Source of the DNA: Gemmatimonas sp.
GTDB lineage: Bacteria; Gemmatimonadota; Gemmatimonadetes; Gemmatimonadales; Gemmatimonadaceae
DNA length: 64,000 nt
Reading direction: 5' to 3'
Assembly (NCBI GenBank): GCA_031414535.1
Contig: JANNVQ010000014.1
Location: 128,001-192,000, forward strand
Part shown: positions 48,032-57,754 of the stretch, in pieces
How the letters are laid out: every line of letters starts with the position of its first letter
Position numbering within the stretch: the first letter of the stretch is position 1
Position numbers and translations under genes: made by a program
Notes under the pieces: model-generated
Databases searched by the model: none
Told to the model about the DNA's origin: nothing
The model's input: the letters and a program-made list of their open reading frames with translations, nothing else

Positions 48032-49145
48032 GCTGTTCGGCAATCAGGGGCAGCACCTGAGCGGTGAGAAGCGCGTGTCCCGCAGCCGTAAAGTGCTGGT
48101 CCACCGTTCCATAGAGGTGAGTGCCCGCCCGCTGCGCCTCGCGGAAGGCCGGCAACACGTCAATGTTGCGGAGACCACGCGCCGTCATCGCCGCGGCGAG
48201 CAAGCGGTTCGGTTGCTCCGCGTCAATTGATGCGGTGTCTAGCCCGAATCCGCGCGCGTATTGCATCATGAGCGCCGGATCAATCTGGTAGGGCGCTGGA
48301 AGCAGGACGAATATGGGCTCCACGCCCGTCTTCCGAGCGGCAACCGCAATCTCCTCGAGGATTGTCGCCGTGTTGTCCCAACGTCCATCCTCAGCGACCG
48401 ACTTGTTGAAATCCGGTGGGAAGTACGCCGCCGTAAGTCCGAGGCGCATGCGTAGGGTCTCGAGCCGGCTTTTCAGCAGCACGAAAAGATGTGAGCGCTC
48501 CTCGAGGAAGTCGTTCACCGGATACAGCAGAGCGTCCACGAACTCGCGCGCCGAGAGTTGGCGCGGAAAGCGCAGGCTGTGGAGCTCCGTCGGTGTACGC
48601 GGCCTGTAGGCGGGAGTTCGCCACTGCATGATGTCGTTGCCCAAGTACACGGCGACCAGCGCGGCGCTGAACTGAGTCTCACGGACCAGTGCCTCCGCGC
48701 GCAAGCGATACTGCTCTGGGTTCCAGCCGCCTACGCCGGCGTTCCAGGTTTCCAGCGTCGGGTCCGCCAGGGTAGTCCGCAGCGCCGCTTGGAGAAGCCC
48801 GGCCGTGCTGGAGTCGTGCTCCACCTGAATGGCTTCCATAAACGAGTCCCCAAGGATGAGCACCTTTCGGGCATCGGGAACGCGTGTGGTCCCGGGGGCG
48901 ATTCGGAGTGCCCGAGGGTCCGTGGCGAGAGTCACCTCGCCCTCACCGGTGTTGATCGTGGTAACGATGTTGGGCTGATGCAGCCAACCGAGGGTGTCCG
49001 CGGCTTGGTAGATATCGGCCCGCCTAATGATCAACTGTTGTGGCACCGCGATGCGCACGGCTACCTCGCCGAGTCCGCAGGCAAAGAGGCCAGAGAGGCC
49101 GACGAGCAATCCATTGAGCAGGAGCGTGCGAAACAGACGGTTCAC
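47991..49145 (-). CDS. SGNH family protein (AlgJ/AlgX-like)
   Basis: N-terminal TM; 'LGDSF', 'NAGVGG', 'GND', 'DQHF...GH'. Confidence 0.8.
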   Translation of the reverse strand: MNRLFRTLLLNGLLVGLSGLFACGLGEVAVRIAVPQQLIIRRADIYQAADTLGWLHQPNIVTTINTGEGEVTLATDPRALRIAPGTTRVPDARKVLILGDSFMEAIQVEHDSSTAGLLQAALRTTLADPTLETWNAGVGGWNPEQYRLRAEALVRETQFSAALVAVYLGNDIMQWRTPAYRPRTPTELHSLRFPRQLSAREFVDALLYPVNDFLEERSHLFVLLKSRLETLRMRLGLTAAYFPPDFNKSVAEDGRWDNTATILEEIAVAARKTGVEPIFVLLPAPYQIDPALMMQYARGFGLDTASIDAEQPNRLLAAAMTARGLRNIDVLPAFREAQRAGTHLYGTVDQHFTAAGHALLTAQVLPLIAEQLSPRSASRPATKR

Positions 49146-49291
49146 GGCAGCTGATTGAGTGGAAGGGCAAAACCTGTGTTCTGGAGCAAGTGACTTAGCC
49201 GTTGCCCTAGTCAGCCTTGCGGCAGATGCGTCCAACCCCCAAATCTAGACCGGGTGACAGCGCGCTGACAGCATTGGAAGGAGCGTATGGA

Positions 49292-50806
49292 ATGCGGATA
49301 ACGGGACAGTGGATAGTGGGGTTTGCGGTGGTATTGGCCACTGCGGGTGCGGCATGTGCCGACAAGGAGAATTGCACGCTCACGGAGCCGCTCTGTGACG
49401 TGGAAACAGTCACCATGGAACCAACCACCGCGACCATCACGACAATTGGCGGGACGGTGCAGTTGACCTTGGTGGCGCGCGACGCTGCCAACGCGGTGCT
49501 CAGCGTTACCGGAATCCCGGTGACTTGGGTATCGAGCAACATGGCGGTGGCAACCGTGAGCGCGTCGGGTCTCGTGACGGGTGTGGCGGCCGGCAGCAGC
49601 ACGATTACGGCCACATCGCAGCTCTTCCCTGGTGAGACGCGCACGGCCGCCGTGACGGTGGATCTCTCGGCGGTGGCTACGCAACTCGGCGTCAGCACCC
49701 AGCCTGGCGGTGCGGTGTCGGGCTCGGCGCTCTCGCCCCAGCCCGTGGTGCAGGTGCGAAACGCGGCTGGCACGCTCGTCTCGTCAACGGCAGCGGTCAC
49801 CGCCTCAATCGCGTCTGGCGGCGGCACGCTCAGTGGTACTACCACCGTGAACGCCGTGGGCGGCGTGGCCACATTCACCAACCTCGTGGTCACCGGCACC
49901 GCTGGTGCGCGGATGCTGCAGTTCACATCAGCTGGTCTCACGACCGCCACCTCCTCCAGCTTCACCGTGACCGCGCCGCCCGTAGGCGGTCCGACACCGT
50001 GGTTCTTGGAAGACTTCAGTACCTATACCAATACGGCCGATCTCACCACCATTGGCGGTGGTCGTCCATTCACGACGTTCTACTCAGAAGACGGCGGATC
50101 GTTCGCGCTCGACAATACCGGCGTGAATATCAATGGATTCAACCTCACGAAGTCGCTGCGGGTGAACTTTCCAAGCAGCGCGACTTGGACGGACGATTCG
50201 CGCGTCGTGAATGGGACAGCGGATCGCTGCGACAACTACACGATGCGTCCCGTGCTTCAGCCAAACGGTTCGCAATTCGGAACCCAGAGGCATCTATGGT
50301 TCGAGTTCTATATCCGCTTCTCCTCGAACTGGACGACCGTTCCGACGGCAGCTTGGGGCTGCTCAGGAGCGCCGGACCACAAGACTTGGCTGATGGAACC
50401 ACAGGGCGGATCCGGCCGATGGGAAATCAAGATTGGATTCGGGTCCGGCGGGCTCGGACCGGCGGTGACCGTTGGCGATCCCGTCTTTGGTCAGACTCAG
50501 TTCCCTAACGTCAAAAGCTGGTTGAATAACGACCCCGAGGCCGTGGCTCCAACCTATTGGAACAACCAATGGCACCGGGTTCGCGTCGAGGTGTTCCTCG
50601 GCACTTCCGCTGGAGCGAATGACGGGGTGTTCCGAGTGTGGATGAACGACACGCAGATTCACAATCGCACTGGCATCACGTACAACGCGGCGTCCACCGG
50701 TTTCTCATCGATGCAGATGGGTGCCAACCGCAATCACGGCCAAGGCGAGGCCATGAGCTTCTCGTGGGGCCTCGTCCGCATCTTCAATACGAACCCTGGC
50801 TGGTAA
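49292..50806 (+). CDS. Lipoprotein with Ig-like (Big) domains and C-terminal polysaccharide-lyase/concanavalin-like domain
   Basis: GGAAGGAG RBS; lipobox AGAAC; 'WVSSN..VATVSASGLVTGV' Big_2 repeat; C-terminal 'WFEFYIRF', 'WHRVRVEV...DGVFRVWMND'. Confidence 0.7.
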   Translation: MRITGQWIVGFAVVLATAGAACADKENCTLTEPLCDVETVTMEPTTATITTIGGTVQLTLVARDAANAVLSVTGIPVTWVSSNMAVATVSASGLVTGVAAGSSTITATSQLFPGETRTAAVTVDLSAVATQLGVSTQPGGAVSGSALSPQPVVQVRNAAGTLVSSTAAVTASIASGGGTLSGTTTVNAVGGVATFTNLVVTGTAGARMLQFTSAGLTTATSSSFTVTAPPVGGPTPWFLEDFSTYTNTADLTTIGGGRPFTTFYSEDGGSFALDNTGVNINGFNLTKSLRVNFPSSATWTDDSRVVNGTADRCDNYTMRPVLQPNGSQFGTQRHLWFEFYIRFSSNWTTVPTAAWGCSGAPDHKTWLMEPQGGSGRWEIKIGFGSGGLGPAVTVGDPVFGQTQFPNVKSWLNNDPEAVAPTYWNNQWHRVRVEVFLGTSAGANDGVFRVWMNDTQIHNRTGITYNAASTGFSSMQMGANRNHGQGEAMSFSWGLVRIFNTNPGW

Positions 50807-50827
50807 GCGTTCGCTTTACGACCGATT

Positions 50828-50865
50828 AAGAGGGGGCGATCGGAATCAACCGGGCGCCCCCTCTT
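50828..50865. terminator. Stem-loop / probable terminator
   Basis: 11-bp inverted repeat AAGAGGGGGCG...CGCCCCCTCTT just after the lipoprotein stop. Confidence 0.65.
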
Positions 50866-50886
50866 GCGTGGCCCTAGATTCCCTGC

Positions 50887-51798
50887 GTGCGATCCGCTTT
50901 CCGTCTGCTGGCCGAACACTTGTTGGATAGCTCGGGCCTGACCGCGCTCGCCCTGCGAAGCAGGACGGGCGGGCGACTCATTCTCGCCTTCCACAACGTC
51001 GTTCCCGACGACACCGCGCGCATCGGCGATCAGGCCCTGCACCTGCCGCTCTCCACGTTTCGTAGTGTGCTCGACGAGTGCTCGGCCTTCGGGGACATCG
51101 TCCCACTCGCCAGCGCATTGCACGACGACCTCGGCGAAAACGCGCGCCCTCGCATCGCCATCACCTTCGACGATGCCTACCAAGGCTGCTTACGGTACGC
51201 GCTACCCGAACTCCATCGGCGGCGCCTGCCCGCCACCATCTTCGTCGCCCCCGGAATCCTCGGAGGACGCACGATGTGGTGGGATGCCATCGCCGAGTTG
51301 CACGGCCTCGCGCCTGAAGCTCGCAACAGGGCCCTCAATAAGCACGCCGGTGACCACATCCAGATTCATCACGACTGGCGCGGCCGTAACGCCGCATGGG
51401 CGACACTCCCCGACGACTGGCAGACGGCCCACGAAACGCAGCTGAAGGCAGCCATCGAGCATGACCAGATCAGACTCGCCCCGCATTCGTGGAATCACCG
51501 CAACCTCATGCGCTGCAGCAACACAGAGCTCAACGAGGAACTGCAGCGCCCAGTGGAGTGGCTCTCCGAGTTCGCTGGAGATCGGTGCCTGCCTCATGTG
51601 CTCGCGTATCCGTACGGGCTTCATGACGATCGCGTCGAGACTGCCACCCTCGCCGCCGGTTACGCGCAGGCCCTCCGGGTGGATGGAGGATGGTGGCAAG
51701 GCGCCACGCCGCCGACAATGCGAATCCCGCGGCTCAACGTTCCCGCCGGCATCACACGGCGGGGTTTCCGACTCCGGCTCGCCGGTCTGCTTCAGTGA
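50887..51798 (+). CDS. Polysaccharide deacetylase (CE4/NodB)
   Basis: 'TFDDAY', 'HSWNH', 'AYPYG' motifs. Confidence 0.9.
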   Translation: MRSAFRLLAEHLLDSSGLTALALRSRTGGRLILAFHNVVPDDTARIGDQALHLPLSTFRSVLDECSAFGDIVPLASALHDDLGENARPRIAITFDDAYQGCLRYALPELHRRRLPATIFVAPGILGGRTMWWDAIAELHGLAPEARNRALNKHAGDHIQIHHDWRGRNAAWATLPDDWQTAHETQLKAAIEHDQIRLAPHSWNHRNLMRCSNTELNEELQRPVEWLSEFAGDRCLPHVLAYPYGLHDDRVETATLAAGYAQALRVDGGWWQGATPPTMRIPRLNVPAGITRRGFRLRLAGLLQ

Positions 51799-52991
51799 CC
51801 ATTCTCGCACCACAGCGCATCCTGGTCACCGATGGCGAGCAACGAGCGGCGCTCGCGGCCATTCGCTCACTCGGCGCCGCCGGTCATCAGGTGACCGTGA
51901 TCTCCTCGCGCGCACCCTGCATCGGTTCGGTGTCGCGCTTTGCCGCTCGGCAGGCCCTGATGCCCTCGCCGATGCGGGACGGGGCCGCGTTTGCGAAGGC
52001 CATTTGGGCGCGGGCCGCAGCAGACGGTTGCAGATGGATTCTTCCCATCACCGAGGAATCCGTGCTGGCGCTGGATCCCGCGTCTGCGCCACAGGGCGCG
52101 GCGCGATTGCTCGCGCCACCAATGGAAATTTTTCGCCGTCTGTCGGACAAAGAACTCGTGCTCGCGACGGCTGCTCAGCAGGGCATTCGCGTACCGAGGC
52201 AATGGGTGATTACACGGCCTAACGAGGAACTTCCACAATCACTCCCACCACGCGTCGCCATCAAGGCGGCACGGTCCATCGTCGGTGAAGGTGGCAACCG
52301 CCAGCGCAACAACGTGCAGTACGCCGAGGGGCGCGACGCTGTGGTGGCCGCGCTGGCACAGCTACCATCGGCAGCGTTCCCTGTGCTCGTACAGGAGCGC
52401 ATTCGAGGCCAAGGCATCGGCGCCTTCCTGCTGCGTTGGGATGGGCGTACGGTGGCGCGCTTCGCTCACCGACGCCTGCGCGAGAAGCCTCCCACGGGCG
52501 GCGTGAGCGTCTGCGCCGAGAGTGTCGCGCTGGACCCGGCTCTCGCGGCGGCAAGCGAACGGCTCGTGAGCGCGCTGGGTCTTGAGCATGGCGTGGCGAT
52601 GGTGGAGTACAAGCAGGACGCGCAAACCGGCGAGCCCGTCTTGATGGAAATCAACGGGCGTCTGTGGGGTTCGCTGCAGTTGGCCATCGACTCGGGCGTG
52701 GATTTCCCCGCGCTATGGCTGGCGTGTGCAAATGATGCGGCGCCTCCAGTTCCACCTACTTGGCGACTGGGTCAACGTCTGCGCTGGCGCTGGGGCGAGA
52801 TTGACCATCTCATCGCTCGGCTTCGCCGGCGTTACGAGGCGGACGATCTCCCGCCAAATGATCTTGGCCTGATGCGAACAATGATGGATGTTCTGCGCCC
52901 GCTCGCTTCAAACGAACGAAGTGAACTCGCACGGCCCGACGATCCGGCTCCGTCTCGTCGAGAGACGTTCGATTGGCTGCACCGACGCTAA
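51795..52991 (+). CDS. ATP-grasp carboxylate-amine ligase
   Basis: 'AAIRSLG', 'DK', 'LVQERI.G', 'MVEYK', 'LMEINGR.WGS'; GTGA overlap with the deacetylase stop. Confidence 0.85.
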   Translation: MTILAPQRILVTDGEQRAALAAIRSLGAAGHQVTVISSRAPCIGSVSRFAARQALMPSPMRDGAAFAKAIWARAAADGCRWILPITEESVLALDPASAPQGAARLLAPPMEIFRRLSDKELVLATAAQQGIRVPRQWVITRPNEELPQSLPPRVAIKAARSIVGEGGNRQRNNVQYAEGRDAVVAALAQLPSAAFPVLVQERIRGQGIGAFLLRWDGRTVARFAHRRLREKPPTGGVSVCAESVALDPALAAASERLVSALGLEHGVAMVEYKQDAQTGEPVLMEINGRLWGSLQLAIDSGVDFPALWLACANDAAPPVPPTWRLGQRLRWRWGEIDHLIARLRRRYEADDLPPNDLGLMRTMMDVLRPLASNERSELARPDDPAPSRRETFDWLHRR

Positions 52992-53020
52992 GCACGACCG
53001 GAGCGCGCGCGACCCGACTC

Positions 53021-53036
53021 TGGCATCGCGCTTGCA
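53021..53036 (+). promoter_or_regulatory. Sigma-54 (-24/-12) promoter
   Basis: TGGCAT-CGCGC-TTGCA, near-consensus, intergenic, 30 nt before ATG 53067. Confidence 0.8.
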
Positions 53037-53066
53037 TCACTGTGTCCTGACCACTACCCTGCCCCG

Positions 53067-54086
53067 ATGCCCTCGACTGCTACACCCACGACCATTGCCG
53101 TAATCGGCGCCGGCGCCATCTCGCGCAGCTTCCACCTGCCCGCGCTCGCGCGACGCGACGACCTGCGGCCGCATGTGATCGTCGTGGACCGAGATCTCTC
53201 CCGCGCGCGCGCGCTGATGGGCGAGTTTGGCTTCGCCTCTGCCGCGAGCGACCTGCGGGAAGTGCTGGGTGTAGCCACCGGCGCCGTGATTGCCGTGCCG
53301 CACCATCTGCACGTGCCGCTGACGCACGATTGCCTGCGCGCCGGCGTGCACGTGCTTTGCGAGAAGCCACTTGCCGAGTCTGCCGAGGAAGTGGCCGCAT
53401 TGGGCGCGGAAGCCACGGCGGCCGGACTCACGCTGCTCGTGAACAACACGCGGCGCCTCTATCCGTCCACGCGCGCAATCCGCGAGGCCATCGTGCGCGG
53501 CGACCTCGGACATGTCACGCGGATTGAGTTTGAGGAAGGCGGGGCTTACGACTGGCCCGCGGCCGGCGACGGCTACTTTGGGGTGAAGGCTGGCGGGCGC
53601 GGCGTGCTCTTCGATATCGGTGCGCATGTACTCGACCTCGTCTGCTGGTGGCTCGACAGCACGCCCCGCGTGGAGCGTTACGCAGATGACTCCTACGGCG
53701 GCACCGAAGCGGTGGCGCAGGTAGACCTCAGAACCGATAAGGCCGAGGTGCACATTCGCTTGTCGTGGTTGAGCAAGTTGCAGAATCGGTTTCGCATCGT
53801 GGGCTCCAACGGCGCCTCCATCGAGCACGGCATCTACGATTGGCGTGATCCCGTCTTCGTGGCGGCCGACGGGCGCCGACGCGTCATCAAGACTGATCCC
53901 GGCCCCCGCACCTACGCGGGATTCGGCGATGTCCTCATTGAAAACTTTGTGGATGCCATTCACGGGAAAGCTGCGCCACTCGTGCCCGCCGCGGCCGTAG
54001 CGCCGTCCATCGCCTTGCTGGCGCAGTGCTATGCACAACGCAGCCGACTGCCCGAACCCTGGCATCTCCCGGAGGTGAAGTCGTGA
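53067..54086 (+). CDS. Gfo/Idh/MocA family oxidoreductase
   Basis: 'IGAGAI', 'PH.LH', 'HVLCEKPLA', 'GVLFDIGAH.LD'. Confidence 0.9.
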   Translation: MPSTATPTTIAVIGAGAISRSFHLPALARRDDLRPHVIVVDRDLSRARALMGEFGFASAASDLREVLGVATGAVIAVPHHLHVPLTHDCLRAGVHVLCEKPLAESAEEVAALGAEATAAGLTLLVNNTRRLYPSTRAIREAIVRGDLGHVTRIEFEEGGAYDWPAAGDGYFGVKAGGRGVLFDIGAHVLDLVCWWLDSTPRVERYADDSYGGTEAVAQVDLRTDKAEVHIRLSWLSKLQNRFRIVGSNGASIEHGIYDWRDPVFVAADGRRRVIKTDPGPRTYAGFGDVLIENFVDAIHGKAAPLVPAAAVAPSIALLAQCYAQRSRLPEPWHLPEVKS

Positions 54087-55150
54087 GCGCGCGTCCGAAG
54101 GTTCTCATCACGGGCGCGGGTGGCTTCGTGGGCGGCCGCTTCGCCGAGCTCTTTCATGCATGGGGCGTTGGCGAGGTGCGCGCGGGGCTTCGCCGTTGGA
54201 GCAGTGGTGCGCGCGTCGGGCGCACGCCGGTTGAACTGGTCCTCTGCGATGTGACGCGCGCCGAATCCGTGCGCGCAGCACTGGAGGGTGTGGATCTCGT
54301 GGTGCACTGCGCCGTCGGCGGGCGCGATGCCACGGTGACGGGTACGCGGACCCTCTTGGACGAGTCCCTGCGCGCTGGAGTGAAGCGCGTCGTGCACATC
54401 AGCACCATAGACGTGTACGGCTCAACAGATGGCGAGTGCCGAGAGGACGCGGCGCTCACGAAGACCGGCCGCGAGTATGGCGACACCAAAATCGAGGCCG
54501 AGGAAGCCTGCCGCGAGTACCTGCAGCGCGGCCTGGCCGTGAGCATGCTGCGTCCCACTCTGGTGCACGGCCCCTTCTCAGCGCTTTGGAGCGTGGAGAT
54601 TGCGGGTCGCGTCCAGCAACGTCCGTTTCCGCTCCCCGAGACTGTGTGCGGCGGCACCTGCAATCTCGTCTACGTGGACGACGTGGTGCTAGCAGGTAAG
54701 CTCGCGCTCGAGCGGCCCGAGGCTGTGGGCGAAGCGTTCAACGTGGGCGGTCCGGAAGTACCGACATGGAACGCGTACTTCGAGGCGCTGAACACGGCAC
54801 TCGGCCTCCCGCCGCTCGCGCGTCAGGCGGAGGGTGGATCGCGGGCCACAAGCTTACTTGTGCATCCCGTGCGCATGGCCGCGAAGTTCGGCATGAAGCA
54901 GTTCGAGAAGCAGATCATGACTGTGTACCAGAGCTCAGCCGCCGCTAAGAACCTGATGAAGCGGGCGGAGAAGCTCATTCGCGGCACACCCGGTTTGGAC
55001 GAGTTCAGCTACTATGGGCGGCGCGGCACGTATCCAATTGATAAAGCGAGGCGGCTACTAGGCTACGCGCCTGCCTTCGATATGGCTCGCTCTTTGCCGC
55101 TGACGGCGGCCTGGTTGCGCGCACACGGGTACATCGGCACGCCTAGCTGA
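54083..55150 (+). CDS. NAD-dependent epimerase/dehydratase (extended SDR)
   Basis: 'ITGAGGFVG', 'HCA', 'YGDTK' (YxxxK), 'LRP..V.GP', 'VYVDDV'. Confidence 0.9.
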   Translation: MSARPKVLITGAGGFVGGRFAELFHAWGVGEVRAGLRRWSSGARVGRTPVELVLCDVTRAESVRAALEGVDLVVHCAVGGRDATVTGTRTLLDESLRAGVKRVVHISTIDVYGSTDGECREDAALTKTGREYGDTKIEAEEACREYLQRGLAVSMLRPTLVHGPFSALWSVEIAGRVQQRPFPLPETVCGGTCNLVYVDDVVLAGKLALERPEAVGEAFNVGGPEVPTWNAYFEALNTALGLPPLARQAEGGSRATSLLVHPVRMAAKFGMKQFEKQIMTVYQSSAAAKNLMKRAEKLIRGTPGLDEFSYYGRRGTYPIDKARRLLGYAPAFDMARSLPLTAAWLRAHGYIGTPS

Positions 55151-56315
55151 TGCGCGCGCTGGCCCAGGCGGCGGCGCGTTGAAGATCCGCATCGCTTACC
55201 CGCGAGTGCACGGGTAGCGTGACGAGGCGTGCCGCCAATGCGCGCGCGCCTTCCCACGGGCCGCCTGCACTAGATGACACGCGAGTGAAGCCAGGCAGAT
55301 CACAGAGCGCGAGTGGATATCCAGGCTCAATCCCAAGCTCGCGAGAGCTGCGCTCGCCGCGGCCCACGGTACCGCGCAACACCACTGGCATGCGTAAGTA
55401 GCCCGCGACGCCATTCGGCGGCAGGGCGAGCGCAGCGCTGGCTGGAAGCCTCTGTTGCATTCGTCGGGCGCGCTCGCTGCGCGCAACACTTTCCTTACCC
55501 TCAAGCTCAAGCGCGGCACGCACGAGTTCCGCTGCACGAGCGTCCAACCTCATCGCGGGGTGTGCGGCGTGGTACGGCGTGTCGCCCAAGCCGAGTGCCG
55601 GAACTCGGGCTGGCACGCCATAAAAGGCGGGGTGCGAGAGCAGGTCTTGGCCCAGCATCTTGAGCGCCCGCAGAAGGCCAGCCTGCTCACCGACGGAGAG
55701 CGCACGAATCAATTGAATGGCTCGCCCATCCAAGGCCGGCTCTCGAACGAGTAGCGCACCCCCGCCGCCGGCAGAACGTCCCTTCCCTCGACCGAAAGAG
55801 AGCAGGCTGAGGTCACCGTGTGCGCCGAGTGGCTTACCGTTCAGACTGCCACCCACTCCTTGAGCCGCGTCCTCGATGAGCAGCGCGCCGGCTTGCCGGC
55901 AGCGTTTCCCAACCTCGGCCAAGTTCACCGGCACACCGTAGAGGTGCACCGCGACCACCGCAGCGGCCCCCGTCGCCAACACCCGGTCAAGGCTCGCGAG
56001 ATCGGCCGACAGAGTTCGCGGATCCACATCGTACAGCGCGACTTCGACGCCAGCGGCATCGGCGGCGGTCGCGAGATCAAAGCAGCCGTAGGCAGGCAAG
56101 GCCACCACGCGGTGGGGGCTCTGCTCCACGGCCAACTGCATCGCCAAGGCGAGGGCGCTGGTGCCGCTATCTACGAGGTGCGCCGCCGTGGCCGCGAAGC
56201 GCTCGGTGAGTAGGCGCTCCACGCCTTTTACCGCCTCGCCGCGGCCCAGACTCGCGAGGGCGGCCGACCAGGACATGGGGGAGTAGGCGGGCGGGACCCA
56301 GCGCCAAGGATTCAT
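55143..56315 (-). CDS. DegT/DnrJ/EryC1/StrS family PLP-dependent aminotransferase
   Basis: 'SGTSAL', 'VHLYG', 'IEDAAQ', 'SFGRGK', 'GGG', 'LVTLPVH'. Confidence 0.85.
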   Translation of the reverse strand: MNPWRWVPPAYSPMSWSAALASLGRGEAVKGVERLLTERFAATAAHLVDSGTSALALAMQLAVEQSPHRVVALPAYGCFDLATAADAAGVEVALYDVDPRTLSADLASLDRVLATGAAAVVAVHLYGVPVNLAEVGKRCRQAGALLIEDAAQGVGGSLNGKPLGAHGDLSLLSFGRGKGRSAGGGGALLVREPALDGRAIQLIRALSVGEQAGLLRALKMLGQDLLSHPAFYGVPARVPALGLGDTPYHAAHPAMRLDARAAELVRAALELEGKESVARSERARRMQQRLPASAALALPPNGVAGYLRMPVVLRGTVGRGERSSRELGIEPGYPLALCDLPGFTRVSSSAGGPWEGARALAARLVTLPVHSRVSDADLQRAAAWASARIS

Positions 56316-56337
56316 CTCGGTAAGTTACGGGGCCGCT

Positions 56338-57723
56338 ATGTCTGAGAATACTGCAACCGCGCGGAGTTGGTGGGTGCTGCTCGCCGTCATCGCCCTCGCG
56401 GCGCTGCTGCGCTTCCCACTGCTCGACATTTTCCCGGGCTCGACGCCCGACGAAGGCGGCTGGCCCTTGGCCGTCCGCTCCTGGGTGGACGATGGCGACC
56501 GGACCTACGACCTCCACTCGGCGCCGGGCTACCATGTGCTGCTCGGCATCCCCTTCGCGATTGCGGGCTCCAGCTTCGAGGTGGCTCGTGCTGCATCGGT
56601 TACGGCTGGACTCATCGCCCTGTTGTTTTGGTTCTTCGCGGCATCGGCGGCGGCGGGCCGGACTGCGGCGCTGATTTCAGCGCTCTTGATTGCCACGAGC
56701 TTCGACGCCATCACGAATGACCGCCGAGCGCTGATTGAGCCTTACCAGATGCTTGCGATGTCGGCGCTCTTCTGGGCTTGGAGCACGCGCGAGCGCCGAC
56801 GAAGTATTTGGATTGCGCTCCTAACGGCGGTCCTATTGCTCACGAAAGCCATCGCCATCGTGTTCGTGGGTGCCTTTGGCGTCTCCACGTGGTTTGAGTC
56901 CACTCGCGATCCGCGCACTCGCCGCGCCGACCGCTTGGCGCTGCTCGCTGGCGTGGGGCTCGCCATCGCCGCTTACCTCGGCCTGTACCTAAGCGACCCG
57001 CCAACCTTCTTGCGGGGCTGGGGCGATAACGTCGGTCTCGCCACGTACGAGGCATCCGACGCCCTCTTCCGCGTGGGGCGCTTCGGCTTCGCGCCTGAAA
57101 CCGTGAAGACTTCGCTGCTCGCGATGTCGCACGCCGACCCCGTCGTCCTTGCCGCCGCGCTGATGGGGTTCGTGGCCGCACTCAAAAAGCGCGTGCTCTT
57201 ACCGCTCGCGTTTGGTATTCCGTTCACGCTGGGGTTCTTGCTGCTTCAGGTGTGGCAGGCGGGAAACTACTTCCACCCCATCACACCAATGGCCTGCATC
57301 CTGGCAGGCTGGTGGGTGTCCACGCAGCGGAGACAGTGGCAAGTGGCGCTGGTATTCTCGGCCGCACTGCTCTCGGGAGTCCGTATTGTTCGCGGCGCCT
57401 CCGCGGCCGACCCCGCCGAGCGCATAGCCACAGTGGAGCTCGCGACCCGCCTGCAGGGAAGCGACCATGTGCTGTCGGCCGCGTATCTCGCCATGCGCCT
57501 GCCCGGCGCGGTGACCTCGTACCCTGAGTTCCCGCCCCCGTACATGCCAGCGCTCGACACCCTTCGCGCACGCAGCATCACTTGGCTCCTCTACGATAAA
57601 CGCGAATGGGCCTACGCACACCGGCAGGTGCCGCAGGACTCCGTGCGTGCATGGCTCAATTCCTGTTGCGTGGCCGAGCCAGGCCTCGGCGGCGGCGTAT
57701 TTCTTGCGTACCGGGTGCGATGA
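56338..57723 (+). CDS. GT-C fold (family 39 / ArnT-like) membrane glycosyltransferase
   Basis: First TM followed by 'PDEG', 'H.PGY', 'R..S', 'EP', 'LLTK'; multi-TM. Confidence 0.7.
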   Translation: MSENTATARSWWVLLAVIALAALLRFPLLDIFPGSTPDEGGWPLAVRSWVDDGDRTYDLHSAPGYHVLLGIPFAIAGSSFEVARAASVTAGLIALLFWFFAASAAAGRTAALISALLIATSFDAITNDRRALIEPYQMLAMSALFWAWSTRERRRSIWIALLTAVLLLTKAIAIVFVGAFGVSTWFESTRDPRTRRADRLALLAGVGLAIAAYLGLYLSDPPTFLRGWGDNVGLATYEASDALFRVGRFGFAPETVKTSLLAMSHADPVVLAAALMGFVAALKKRVLLPLAFGIPFTLGFLLLQVWQAGNYFHPITPMACILAGWWVSTQRRQWQVALVFSAALLSGVRIVRGASAADPAERIATVELATRLQGSDHVLSAAYLAMRLPGAVTSYPEFPPPYMPALDTLRARSITWLLYDKREWAYAHRQVPQDSVRAWLNSCCVAEPGLGGGVFLAYRVR

Positions 57724-57754
57724 CTTCGCTTTCATCACGCTTAGTTTCCACCAC

